Shown: positions 49,490-59,699 of the stretch, piece after piece
Numbering within the stretch: position 1 is the stretch's first letter
Layout: each line of letters begins with the position of its first letter
Source: Rhizodiscina lignyota
Lineage: Eukaryota
Direction of reading: 5' to 3'
Length of the DNA: 64,000 nucleotides
Assembly: GCA_010015805.1 (NCBI GenBank)
Contig: ML978126.1
Span: 248,001 to 312,000, forward strand
Notes under the pieces: generated by a model
Told to the model about the DNA's origin: nothing
What the model saw: the letters and a program-made list of their open reading frames with translations, nothing else
The model's database searches: none
Program-made: the position numbers and the translations under genes

Positions 49490-50624
49490 ATGCCTGGCAC
49501 CATTGATGATCACTTCCATCTCTCTGAGGAACAGAGACAATTCTTCCTCGAGCACGGTTTCGTCAAGATTCCAGGATGCTTCTCGCGTGAAACAGCAGAA
49601 GCGTACACATCCACCATCTGGACGCGTCTAGGCGCATCCCCCACAGATAAGTCGACATGGCCCACCCAGAAGCTCAACATGCCTGGCCACACGCTCGTCA
49701 AGGTCGAGGACTTTGCTCCCAAAGCTTATGATGCGATTTGCGACGTCATCGGAGGAGAAGATCGATGGACAGACTGGTGCAAAGACTGGAAGGATGGCTT
49801 CATTGTCAACTTTGGGAGTCCAGACATGACACCGGACATGGACCTGGATGTAAGGACCCTTGACAACTGGCACAATGACGGCGACTGGTTTACCCATTTC
49901 CTGGATAGCCCAGAGCAAGCTCTGTTGGTAATCCCGCTCTTCAGTGATATTAAGCCGAAAGGAGGCGGGACGGTCATCTGCACCGATGGCATCAAACTCG
50001 TGGCACAAGAATTGGTGAGCTGTTCGACTGTCCAAGGCGGCCTAATACGCTAATCGATCCTTAGTACGATCATCCCGACGGAATGACACCATTTATGATG
50101 CCTCGTGGCACACCAGAGATTCCAAAGGAGAACCCAGAGCGAAGGAAAGTCTGGAATTCATGGGTACAGAACCCAGAATTGACCAGAGGCGAGACTTTCC
50201 ACGAAGCTACCGGCGAAGTGGGTGATGTATACTTGCTACATCCTTTCATGCTTCACTCCGCCTCGAGAAATCTTCTCCGTAATGTACGGATCATCACCAA
50301 CCCTCCAGTTGCTCTCAAAGAGCCGTTCAACTACAACAGAAAGGATCCAAGTGAGTATAGTCTTGTTGAACAGAAGACCTTGAGGGACTTGGGAAGGCCA
50401 GAGGGATTGCCAGAATGGAAAATCACAGCCCCCAGAGAGCGAATTACTCCAGCTCGAGTTGGCGTAAGTATGATCAATTATTTTCTGAAGTCTTGATGAC
50501 TGACGGCTTTTTACAGATGCAAGCAGAACTGAAGAGGAAGGAAATGGAAAGATTGAAGGCTCAAGGTCTTGCTGTTAATAACATCGCTGGCGCAAGGGTG
50601 CTTGAAGGCCAATATCCGTCGTGA
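49490..50624 (+). CDS. PhyH-like (phytanoyl-CoA dioxygenase family) Fe(II)/2-oxoglutarate dioxygenase-fold protein
   Basis: LSEEQRQFFLEHGFVKIPGCFS, an HxD motif in WHNDGD, GGGT, and GDVYLLHPFMLHSASRN (distal His). Introns 50015-50064 and 50464-50516. Confidence 0.85.
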
Positions 50625-50752
50625 TCCTTCGCACGTAATGACTCCCCTGAGAGCCCGACACTTTCCCGGCTGTATTTGATAGTAGACGGTTCGACCGCAA
50701 GTTTGCATCAACGTGGTAGTCCATCCCTTCGTCTCTCAGAGTATGATGCGTC

Positions 50753-52643
50753 TCATGAAGTAGCTCCGTGATGAGACACTCTGGCTTGCCCTGAGCCACC
50801 ATTGCGGGCAGACAAGTGTCGCGCGTGCCGAGCCGCTGTCTGTAAGTACCAAATGGCCATGTCGCCAGTGAATTTTAAGCCACAGCAAAAGCATACCCGC
50901 CAAGCTAGAGCAGTCCATTCCGTTCTATTGCGCGGCTGCCAAAGAGTAGCCCCATCGTATGGGGCGAAGAATAAGCCTGATCCAGTGAGGGCAGCACGAG
51001 CGACATTCCGCAGAACGACGAAGCGGAGCGGTACCATAAGCACACGAGAATAGTTCCCGACTGTATCCATGATACATGAGACTATGCTTGGTAGTGCTGG
51101 TGCAGGATAAAGCTGGGGAAGATAGACTGGCTGCTGGATAGACGATTGCCACGTGTGGGAATCCGGGTTTCGAAGATCTCTTCGGAGAACAGCGTTTGGA
51201 ACTGCAAACTCTTCTTCTTCAATGTCTATCTCCACCTCAAAGGATTGCTCTATCCTGTCAACAGAAGTGACGCGCACACCGGGAGCGATGCTGGAGTCGT
51301 CGAGCAAACGGGCCTCTCCGGCTGATATATACGCCCTGCTATCTTGCCTCAAGGGAGTCATAATCTCCAGAGCATCATATTTCGTTGGCGGAACCCATCT
51401 AAAAGCCCTGAATATACCAGTCATAGGTGATGTGATGACGCCAAGGAAGCTCCTTAGTATCTTGGACCTATACCAGATGTTGTCTTGCTCGTCCTTTTTC
51501 AACTTGAAACAGGATCTCTCCAACTCATTATACATAAGTCTCTCCATATAATGAGAAACACGGGTGTGTACCCACATCGAAGCCAGCGGAGAACAGACCA
51601 GACCATAAGCAAGCTTGATAATGTTTGGCCGCTGCTCAGATCCAAATATGAGTGCCAGGGTTGGATGTGGATTGAGATCCTGAAGAGAAGGGAGGAACCT
51701 GGTATGGGACACCAGACCAAGACCTTGGAGAGGCATCAAGATGAAAATTTGCATCTCAAAGAACTCCCAGAGCAGAGAAGTACTACACAGTTGCGTTAGC
51801 TTCTGATCACCATATAATTTTGATCAAACAATCGCATTTCTGTCTCTTGTGGCGACTCACACTTCGAAGAGGTATGGTGCTAGCTTGAAAAGGGCTTCAC
51901 GTATCCTGCGCGACTTGACTGAGGCAAGGATTAGGCGGTTCGTTGTCGTCGGTAGGTCCAACCAGTGCATTAGATTCACGGAGAATATGAACGTGAAGAC
52001 CGAGCGAGTATTGGGGTAGAAGAAAGCGGCAAATCCCAATTGTTGGTATTGAGATATCAGAATCTCCATAATGGTCATGCTCGGCGGATACTCCAAAACC
52101 TAAGCTTCTTAGCATAAAACAATTTGTTGCCTGTTGATATTGATGGTCTTACATAGAGTCTCTCGACAACCCGCATAGGCCATAGCTTCGCAGTGGACCA
52201 GATAGTACTTCCTATCAAGTACAAACATGTTCGAAATAGTGGCTCAACCGCGGCAAAAACTCGTGGAGAATCTGTCTCTGCTCGTGGGTGACGAAGGCGT
52301 GCTTCTGCAGCTTGCTCGTACTCTTTGCGTGCAATAACACCAATCGCAGCGAGGCAGTCATTGTAAGCAGCTCGTCTCGCTCTACCAAACTCTCGAGACA
52401 TTTCATTGACAGGATGCCCTTTTTCATCGTACTTTTGGACGTAGTCGATGTTAATTCCCCGTTGCACTTCACGGGAAGGTTCGCCAGTAGCACCAGGTGG
52501 GGGCCATTCTCCGGATTGTGGGACATCATCCGGCGGCTCGAAGGCAGAGCGGCCCTAAGATTGAGTTAAGAATTGGGAAATATATGGGAAAAGAGTTCAT
52601 GACTGACATGTGCCAGCTTCAGAAAGTTTGCTTGTCTACCCAT
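50753..52643 (-). CDS. Conserved ascomycete hypothetical membrane protein
   Basis: Exon 1 MGRQANFLKLAH, intron 52555-52607, then GRSAFEPP...YDEKGHPVN..SREFGRARRAAYNDCLAAIGV. Two further canonical introns link to the 50753-51754 ORF. Several hydrophobic segments. Confidence 0.75.
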
Positions 52644-52840
52644 CAGGTTGGTAGGCACGTTGTTGAATATCTGGAGAGTCTTTCCCTGAGAGTATGGTTG
52701 TTAAGAGGGCGCATGATGAAAGAAGGAAAGAGAATTCTCTACTTTTTCATTGTGTTAACATAGCAGCTTCGACGCGTTGTGTTATCCAACCGCGACGCGC
52801 TAGTCCGCGCTTGTCGGCTGAATCACGGCAACTCGCGCTT

Positions 52841-52849
52841 AAATTTTTC
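52841..52849. promoter_or_regulatory. RRPE-like element upstream of RRP9
   Basis: AAATTTTTC (reverse complement GAAAAATTT), 80 bp upstream of a ribosome-biogenesis gene. A second partial copy GAAAAATT lies at 52871. Confidence 0.45.
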
Positions 52850-52928
52850 GACGTTATGACGACCAACTCAGAAAAATTGCAAAATCATTAGCGCATCCAA
52901 TTCTGCGCTGCAGAGACCTTTGGAGACA

Positions 52929-54746
52929 ATGTCTTCTTTTTTTACGACACCTGCATCCCAACGCAAACGAAAACGACAAGATTCTGGACCTTCTACTTCC
53001 ACAAAGCGTCAAATTACCGCCTCGTCTACCTCTAGAACACCAAACGAAAAATCACGACGAAATCGGTCAGAGTCAATTTCCGGCAGCGACCTTGACGATG
53101 AAGACGACCGAGATGATGTACGAAGTGTTTCAGAGTCCTCGGACGACGAGAACGAAAACGAGACAGCTGCAGAAAAGCGCCTACGTCTTGCCGAACAATA
53201 TCTAGAAAATATTCGTGCTGAAGTTGACGAGGCTGGCTTCGATGCAGCGGACGTTGACCAGGATATAATTACGCGACGATTGAAGGAGGATGTTGCAGAA
53301 TCGAAAGGCAAAGTCTACAGACACATCGCTTCGGCATTGGATGTTGAAAACGCGATTCAGACTTTCTTTCGAGCCGATCAACGCGACATTACAGCTCTAG
53401 CATGCTGTGCACCATATGCATACACAGTTGCAAAGGACAGGAGTATAGTAAAATGGGAGATTCCAGTTTCTACATCGTCAAAGCCATCACACAGTGGTGA
53501 CAATGGAGATGGAGAAGACATCGACAACGACGCTGCACCAGAGACACCGCATTCCGGTCCAAATTATACCCCTCCTCTACGACCGAAGAAACTCGCATTC
53601 TCTCGTGGCACACGGTCGAAACAAAAATCCTACATCGGCCATACAGCGGATATCCTCTGTGCTGCTGCATCCACTACTGGACGGTTCCTTGCCACAGGTG
53701 GCCTCGACCGAAGAATCGTGATCTGGGATGTCTCGACTACTTCGTCCCTGAAGCCTGTCAAGGTCTTCCCGCAGCACCGTGATGCTGTGACCGGCCTCGT
53801 ATTTCGAAGAGGTACAAATCAGCTGTATAGCTGTAGTAAAGACCGAACAGTGAAAGTTTGGAGTTTGGACGAATTAGCATACGTTGAGACTCTATTCGGA
53901 CATCAAGACGCTGTGGTAAACATCGCTGCGGGCTATAGGGAGCAATGTGTCAGTGTTGGAGCAAGAGACCGGACGGCAAGACTGTGGAAGGTTGGAGAAG
54001 AGACCCAACTGGTTTTTCGAGGTGGAGGCATTGCTGGAAAACAGAAGAATAAAGACAGAGGCCCAGACAAGGCAAAAGCGATGAGCCATCTCGACGAGAT
54101 CCCTCCTGAGGGACTGCACGCTGAAGGTTCCATTGACCGAGTTGCGCTTGTGGATGACGAGACCTTTGTTACAGGCTCCGACAGCGGTGCAATCAGCCTG
54201 TGGAGCATCCACAAGAAAAAGGCAGTTGCAGTGGTCCCTCTTGCACACGGCCTTGATCCACCAATAAAGCTGGAAGATGCTTTCGCAGAAGAAGACTTGG
54301 AAGGGAGGAAGGTTCCCGCCCCACCAGGTGCAAGATGGATTACAGCTTTGGCCACAATACCATACTCAGACATTGTGGTCAGCGGAAGTTGGGACGGCGC
54401 TGTCAGGATGTGGAGGGTCCGAGAAGATCGACGGGGTCTTGATGCCATTGGCGTCATTGGTAGCGCGTTGACAGCACGCGATGCAGATCAGAAATCGAAC
54501 GGTACTCAAGTTCAACGAAAAGCGGTCAAAGGTGTCATCAACGACATATGTGTCTTTGAAAAGGGAGAAAGAGCGAAAGATGGTGTCAAAGTCGTCATTG
54601 GCTTAAGCAATTCGCCTCGGCTTGGGCGATGGAGGTCCTTCGAAGGAAAGAGTACTGCTGTCGTCTTTGACATTTCGCAAAGGCGGCTAGAAATCATGGC
54701 AAATGGTATCAATGGCCATGCTGAGAAAGAAGAAAAGGCAGACTAG
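52929..54746 (+). CDS. RRP9: U3 snoRNP WD40 protein Rrp9 (U3-55K)
   Basis: MSSFFTTPASQRKRKR, ETAAEKRLRLAEQYL, and WD repeats QHRDAV..FRRGTNQLYSCSKDRTVKVWSLDELAYVETLFGHQD. Also GARDRTARLWKV.EETQLVFRGG and RLGRW. Confidence 0.96.
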   Translation: MSSFFTTPASQRKRKRQDSGPSTSTKRQITASSTSRTPNEKSRRNRSESISGSDLDDEDDRDDVRSVSESSDDENENETAAEKRLRLAEQYLENIRAEVDEAGFDAADVDQDIITRRLKEDVAESKGKVYRHIASALDVENAIQTFFRADQRDITALACCAPYAYTVAKDRSIVKWEIPVSTSSKPSHSGDNGDGEDIDNDAAPETPHSGPNYTPPLRPKKLAFSRGTRSKQKSYIGHTADILCAAASTTGRFLATGGLDRRIVIWDVSTTSSLKPVKVFPQHRDAVTGLVFRRGTNQLYSCSKDRTVKVWSLDELAYVETLFGHQDAVVNIAAGYREQCVSVGARDRTARLWKVGEETQLVFRGGGIAGKQKNKDRGPDKAKAMSHLDEIPPEGLHAEGSIDRVALVDDETFVTGSDSGAISLWSIHKKKAVAVVPLAHGLDPPIKLEDAFAEEDLEGRKVPAPPGARWITALATIPYSDIVVSGSWDGAVRMWRVREDRRGLDAIGVIGSALTARDADQKSNGTQVQRKAVKGVINDICVFEKGERAKDGVKVVIGLSNSPRLGRWRSFEGKSTAVVFDISQRRLEIMANGINGHAEKEEKAD

Positions 54747-54771
54747 TATAGACAGCTAGAATCGAGCGATA

Positions 54772-56338
54772 TCAGCCACCGCTCATGGCCATGTAATTTG
54801 AATCTGAGGCACCCTCTTTCGGTCGCTCGTCTATCTTTGACGGCAAATCGTACTGGAAGCCCTGTGGCAAGCTGTCACCACCTGCTGTGATCTCTTTTCG
54901 CCATGGTAGTGACTCGAGGAACCGCGCCGCGTCTTGACTGAAACATGCGCTTGGGACGATGGGCTTCATTGAAGGATCCTTCAGAAGTGCGAGGGCTGCA
55001 AGGCCTAGGTAAGAATGATAGATATCCGGAGGATCACCTGGCACTTTCCCAAACCCACCAACCATGTGCTGCGTTTTGTCGAGGAGGTATCGACGACATG
55101 CCTCTGTATCCGTCAAATGCTGCCTGTGAAGCGCCTGGTGAAATTAGCTGGTCCGACGTGCAATTGCGGCAGCCCTGACGTACACATAAAGCACCTAGCT
55201 CCCAGAAACAGTAACACGTGTCCGCTATCTTGTTTGGACGCCCGTTAAAGCCTGCCCATAGGAGCTCTAGCCTTGTCAGGGCCTGGTTGTCTTCGGGGAA
55301 TATACCAAAGCCGCGGAGGTCGCGAACTTCTTCTTTCGGAGGTTCTGATCCTGCTTCATCTCTAGCATCCTCATCGTCGATATCTGGCTCGTCCTCCTCG
55401 GTCAATATTTCCGTCTGCCTCGAGACGAGCCAGCGAACGGCTGAATCTAGATCCCCCAACCCCGGCGGTCCACGGTCGGCGCCAGGTCCAATATCCGTGA
55501 TGTGAGGTGGTAGTCGACGGATGAATGCCAGGATGTTGATCGCACAATATGTAAATCCCCCTATACAGCTATAAGTTGAGGGATCGTGCGCCATTCGAAT
55601 GATATGTGCGTACCGTGCGCTTCGTGGTATGGGGACTCGGATATACCTCCGTCATATGTCTGTGCCAGCATAATGAGCTTGATGTCACTGTGATATTCTG
55701 GTCGAGCATACCTGCGCACTACTGACGCACTCTGCCAACTTATCAACATCGATATCCGGTACGCCTTCAACCTCGCCCTTGGCAGCGCCCCTCAATATCC
55801 ACCGGACGACAGCAGCACAGTAGCCAAACCGACTGTCTGTGCCCCCTTCTATGTTATCATTCTCTCCCAGTGTCTCTCCGAAGCTTCCTGTGTCACGTTG
55901 CAATTTGCGCAGCCACTGAAGGCATTCCCTCCGTTTTACTCTGGACAAGTCGTCGCCCAATATGAGCAACGCTGAAAGCGCCATGTAAGTTGCGGGCACA
56001 TTTGCAGGATCCCACATTTTATTCTCGGCATTTCTCTCGTCGCCAAAATCTGTTCCGGGAAAGCCACGGAATCCACCCTCGGGATGTTGACATCTGTATA
56101 TCCAGTCTATGTAGCCTTCGCGCTCTTCGGGTTTCGTGTGCTCAAGAAGTGCGCCGAGAAGGTCGAGAGCAGACACGACGAAAAATGCCAGTAGCATGCG
56201 ATTGGAGTCTGTGCTCGTGTATGCGGTGGGAAGATACGTCTTCAGACATCGTTTCCAGTAGTTGATGTGCTTCTGCTTGTTCAACTTCGATTCTCCCAAG
56301 GCACCGGGACCCAACGCCTGTACGCCGGAGGGGGACAT
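54772..56338 (-). CDS. CDC43: Geranylgeranyltransferase type I beta subunit
   Basis: Motifs KHINYWKRCLKTYLP..YTSTDSNRM, GGFRG, EAHGGFTYCA, GFNGRPNKIADTCYCFW and GGFGKVPGDPPDIYHSYLGLAAL. Three introns. Confidence 0.94.
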
Positions 56339-56810
56339 TGCGAGTGAAACATGAAAGGATCGTACAAAGAGAGATGGCCTTCTACTTGAGCATATTGAAA
56401 TCGAGCAGACTGTTGTATGACGCCCACAAAATATGGGGACGCAGGAGAAGAAGCGGAAATAGATAGCTAGCTACCCAAACCTCCGTAAAGGCTCGCATCT
56501 GATCCCCAGGATCGCCACGCCGCCAGCAACCGCGTGCGCCTTCCGTGGGGCGCGTCTCGCACGGGCCAATCAGGTCATTTGCTGCTTCACGCCTCAATTC
56601 CAAACTTGCGCAACGAAATCTCATGCACCCTCTTGCTCCCTCCCACAACACATTGTCACTCATCTCACCCCCTGCCCTACCAGGAGTCTTCGTCCTGATC
56701 AGAAAAAGCCACTCGAATAGCCGGAGAAGTTGCGCGCGAACTGAACGCATCGGCGAGGCCGACAGCTCAAAGCCTCCTGAAGGTTGCAGGTCGGCGGTCA
56801 GTGGCCCAAC

Positions 56811-59699
56811 ATGTCAACGTTCGCGAACGCCTTCTGGTCGCCAGACTATGCCGGAGGTGAGATTGCACTTCTAGAGATGTAGAGGGCTGTGGAATTGCGC
56901 TGACACACATGCAGGCCTGGGTGTACTCTTCGGCAAACTCCAACAGGGTGTCCAAGAAAACCAGCAAGTCCTGACCATTGCTCGTATGCGCGCGGACACA
57001 GAGGAGCTGTATGGAGCACGCCTAGGAGATATCTTGCCGGCAGCAGATAAGATCTCTGGTGGCTTTGCAAAAGATGAAGGCGCAAGCACGCGGAAGGTTA
57101 GTTGGTCATGAACGTGGCATACGTGACCTTACTAAAAGAGTATTTTGTAGGCGTATGAGGGAGTTCGCTCCGAGATGGAAGAAGCGTCGAAGAATCACCG
57201 CAAGATCGCGTCCAACATACGAGAACTCGTCGTCAATCCCTTCAGCCGGTGGTGTGAGGCTCACTCAGCCCGCATACAAAACTCACAAGATGCGCTCCAG
57301 AACCGCATCAAACAACTCGACAAACAGGCAGATGTTGTCCGTAAACTGCGAAGTCAGTACTACAACAAGTGCCGTCTTGTAGAAGACATGGAAGAAGAGG
57401 ACAAGCTCGGCTTCCAGGATCCTCAGAGCGAAGTTGCACAGAGTCCAAAGCTGAAGCAGAAGGTCCCAACGATTAAGGAACCGGATGAAGATGAAGACGA
57501 ACCCATCGACCTTGGCGGCGCCTCGTACGAGCCGGAGCAAGTCAAACAGATCCTGACACACATGTTGGAGACCATTAAAATGGGAGACGCCAGGGTTCCG
57601 ATCTTGGGCACATATCAGAACGTGTCGACCGGCGCGGACATTACCGAATACATACAGAAATACCTGAATGCGGACAATGTCGCATATGCTGAGGAAGTCG
57701 GACAGGACTTGATCTCACATGGGTTCTTACGCTTGATTGGCAGTGTTGGTAACACTTTCGCGAACAGTTCGCGGATGAATTACCAGTGGAAGCCGAAAGC
57801 CTTCAAGGTTACAGGTATTCCGGAGCGAAAGAAACCACTAGAGAGGATTTCATCCGCCATGAGCTCGACAAGCGACGGCAGCGACTCACCAGTGGTCTCA
57901 ATCAATGACTATCTTCAGAACTGGAACCCGCTCAACAATCCCCATCCGAACGAGACCCCTGCCGAGAAACTGAAGAGGGAGGCCAGCGAAGCAGACGAGA
58001 GGTACAAGGCTGGTGTTCGAAAGCTCGATAGCTTTCGTTGTCTTCTCGAAGAAGAAATGTTCCTGCATCTCAAGTTCATGGAACGTTGCGAGCTTGATCG
58101 GCTCAAAGCGATTAAAGCTGTCATCCTTGACTTTTCTGGTGCCATCAGCAACGTCATCCCAAGTCTGCAAAGTACCGTTGATCAGATGATGCTTTTCCAA
58201 GAGACTGTTCAACCCGGAGGAGATTTGAGGTACCTGCTGGAAAACTACCGGACAGGCCCTTTCGTGCCAAGGGTCACGATCTACGAGAACTACTACAACT
58301 CAGTGGATGGTAAGAGACATAATCCCCTCTTAATTGACATGCTAACATTCTTAAAGAGCAGACATTCGGAGTCGATCTAGAAGCACGTGCCAGATCGGAC
58401 CGCAAACGAGTCCCAACGATTGTGACCTCGATTCTCATGTTCCTCGATAATCATTATCCCGACCTGGAGGGAGACGAAGCGCGAAGGGGTATCTGGCTTG
58501 TCGATGTGCCTTTGCAAGAGACCCACCGTCTTCGGGCAAAGATCAACACTGGCAAACACATCTCGCCAGAAGTTTTTGAGGACTTTGAGATCCCCGTCGT
58601 GGCTTCTGTCCTGAAGCTATACCTGCTCGAGCTTCCCGATTCACTCGTCTCTTCTCACGTCTACGAAATCGTCAAAACAATCTACGCGTCGACCGCTTCT
58701 GCAACCACCGACGAAGCTCGCATCCACATCATTCAATCTACTCTTGGCCAGCTTCGTCTTGCTAACATCGCCACTCTCGATGCTCTCACTACCCACTTTA
58801 CTCGTCTCATCGACTTGACCTCTGCAGACGAAGAATATGTTGCGGCACTAGCCAACGCACTGGCGCCTTGTGTTCTTCGCCCGCGACAGGAGTCGAGCCT
58901 CACCATGACAGAGCGATGGAATTATCGCCTCCTCCGCGATCTCCTCGCCTACAAAGATGATATTTTCGGCGAGTTGAAGCGACAGTCTTCTAATGCAGCG
59001 CGCCCCACCTCCAGCGCGGGAGGGGATAATGCAAGGGCCCGTGCCGTGAGCACGGATGAGTCTACTAGTCGTCGTGCCGTCTTCGAGGAGCGGCAGCGTG
59101 CGATCCAGAACCGCAGCCGCGCGCCTAGCCCGGCGCCAAGTCCGCGCATCGGCAGTGGGCAAGCTGTAGCTGGCGCATCTCATCGAAGAGACAAAAGCAC
59201 AGGCGGCCCAGTGACGAGGTTCCCGGTTAACACGACACCTACGAGTGCTCAAAACAGTCCCACAGATAGGAGGGGAACCGTTACGAGACACAGCCTAGAG
59301 GTGCCGGGAAGCGTCGAGGCCAGTCCAGTGACTGTGGATCCGGTGCAGTATGTGCAGCGTGGGAGAGCAAGCACTAATGGCACTGTGATGAGCCCAACGG
59401 AAATGAACGGCGCGCCCACGATTGCAGGAGCTACAGAAACTCCTGGAGCTACTGGAGCTGCAAGTGCCGCAGGTCCCGCAGGTGCAGTGGCAGCGGAAGA
59501 GGGCTTGGAGAAGAGGAATAGTCTTGGCAGAGCAGCGCCGGGCTCGAGGTTTCCGCGAAAGCCCACTCAGCCTGGTGGCATGAAGAGGCAGAGTGTCATA
59601 TTGCAAGGTGGTGACAGGAGCAGTATGGCGAGTGTGGATAGCCAGGAGGCACCGAGGCCAGTTGGCGTTGAGCTGACTGACAAGCCGATGGATGATTGA
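56811..59699 (+). CDS. RGD2: F-BAR/FCH-DEP-RhoGAP protein (Rgd2/Rga8-like)
   Basis: MSTFANAFWSPDYAGGLGVLFGKLQQGVQEN, a DEP region (AEEVGQDLISHGFLRLIG) and RhoGAP motifs QTFGVDLE, VASVLKLYLLELPDSLV and LAPCVLRP. Three introns. Confidence 0.92.
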
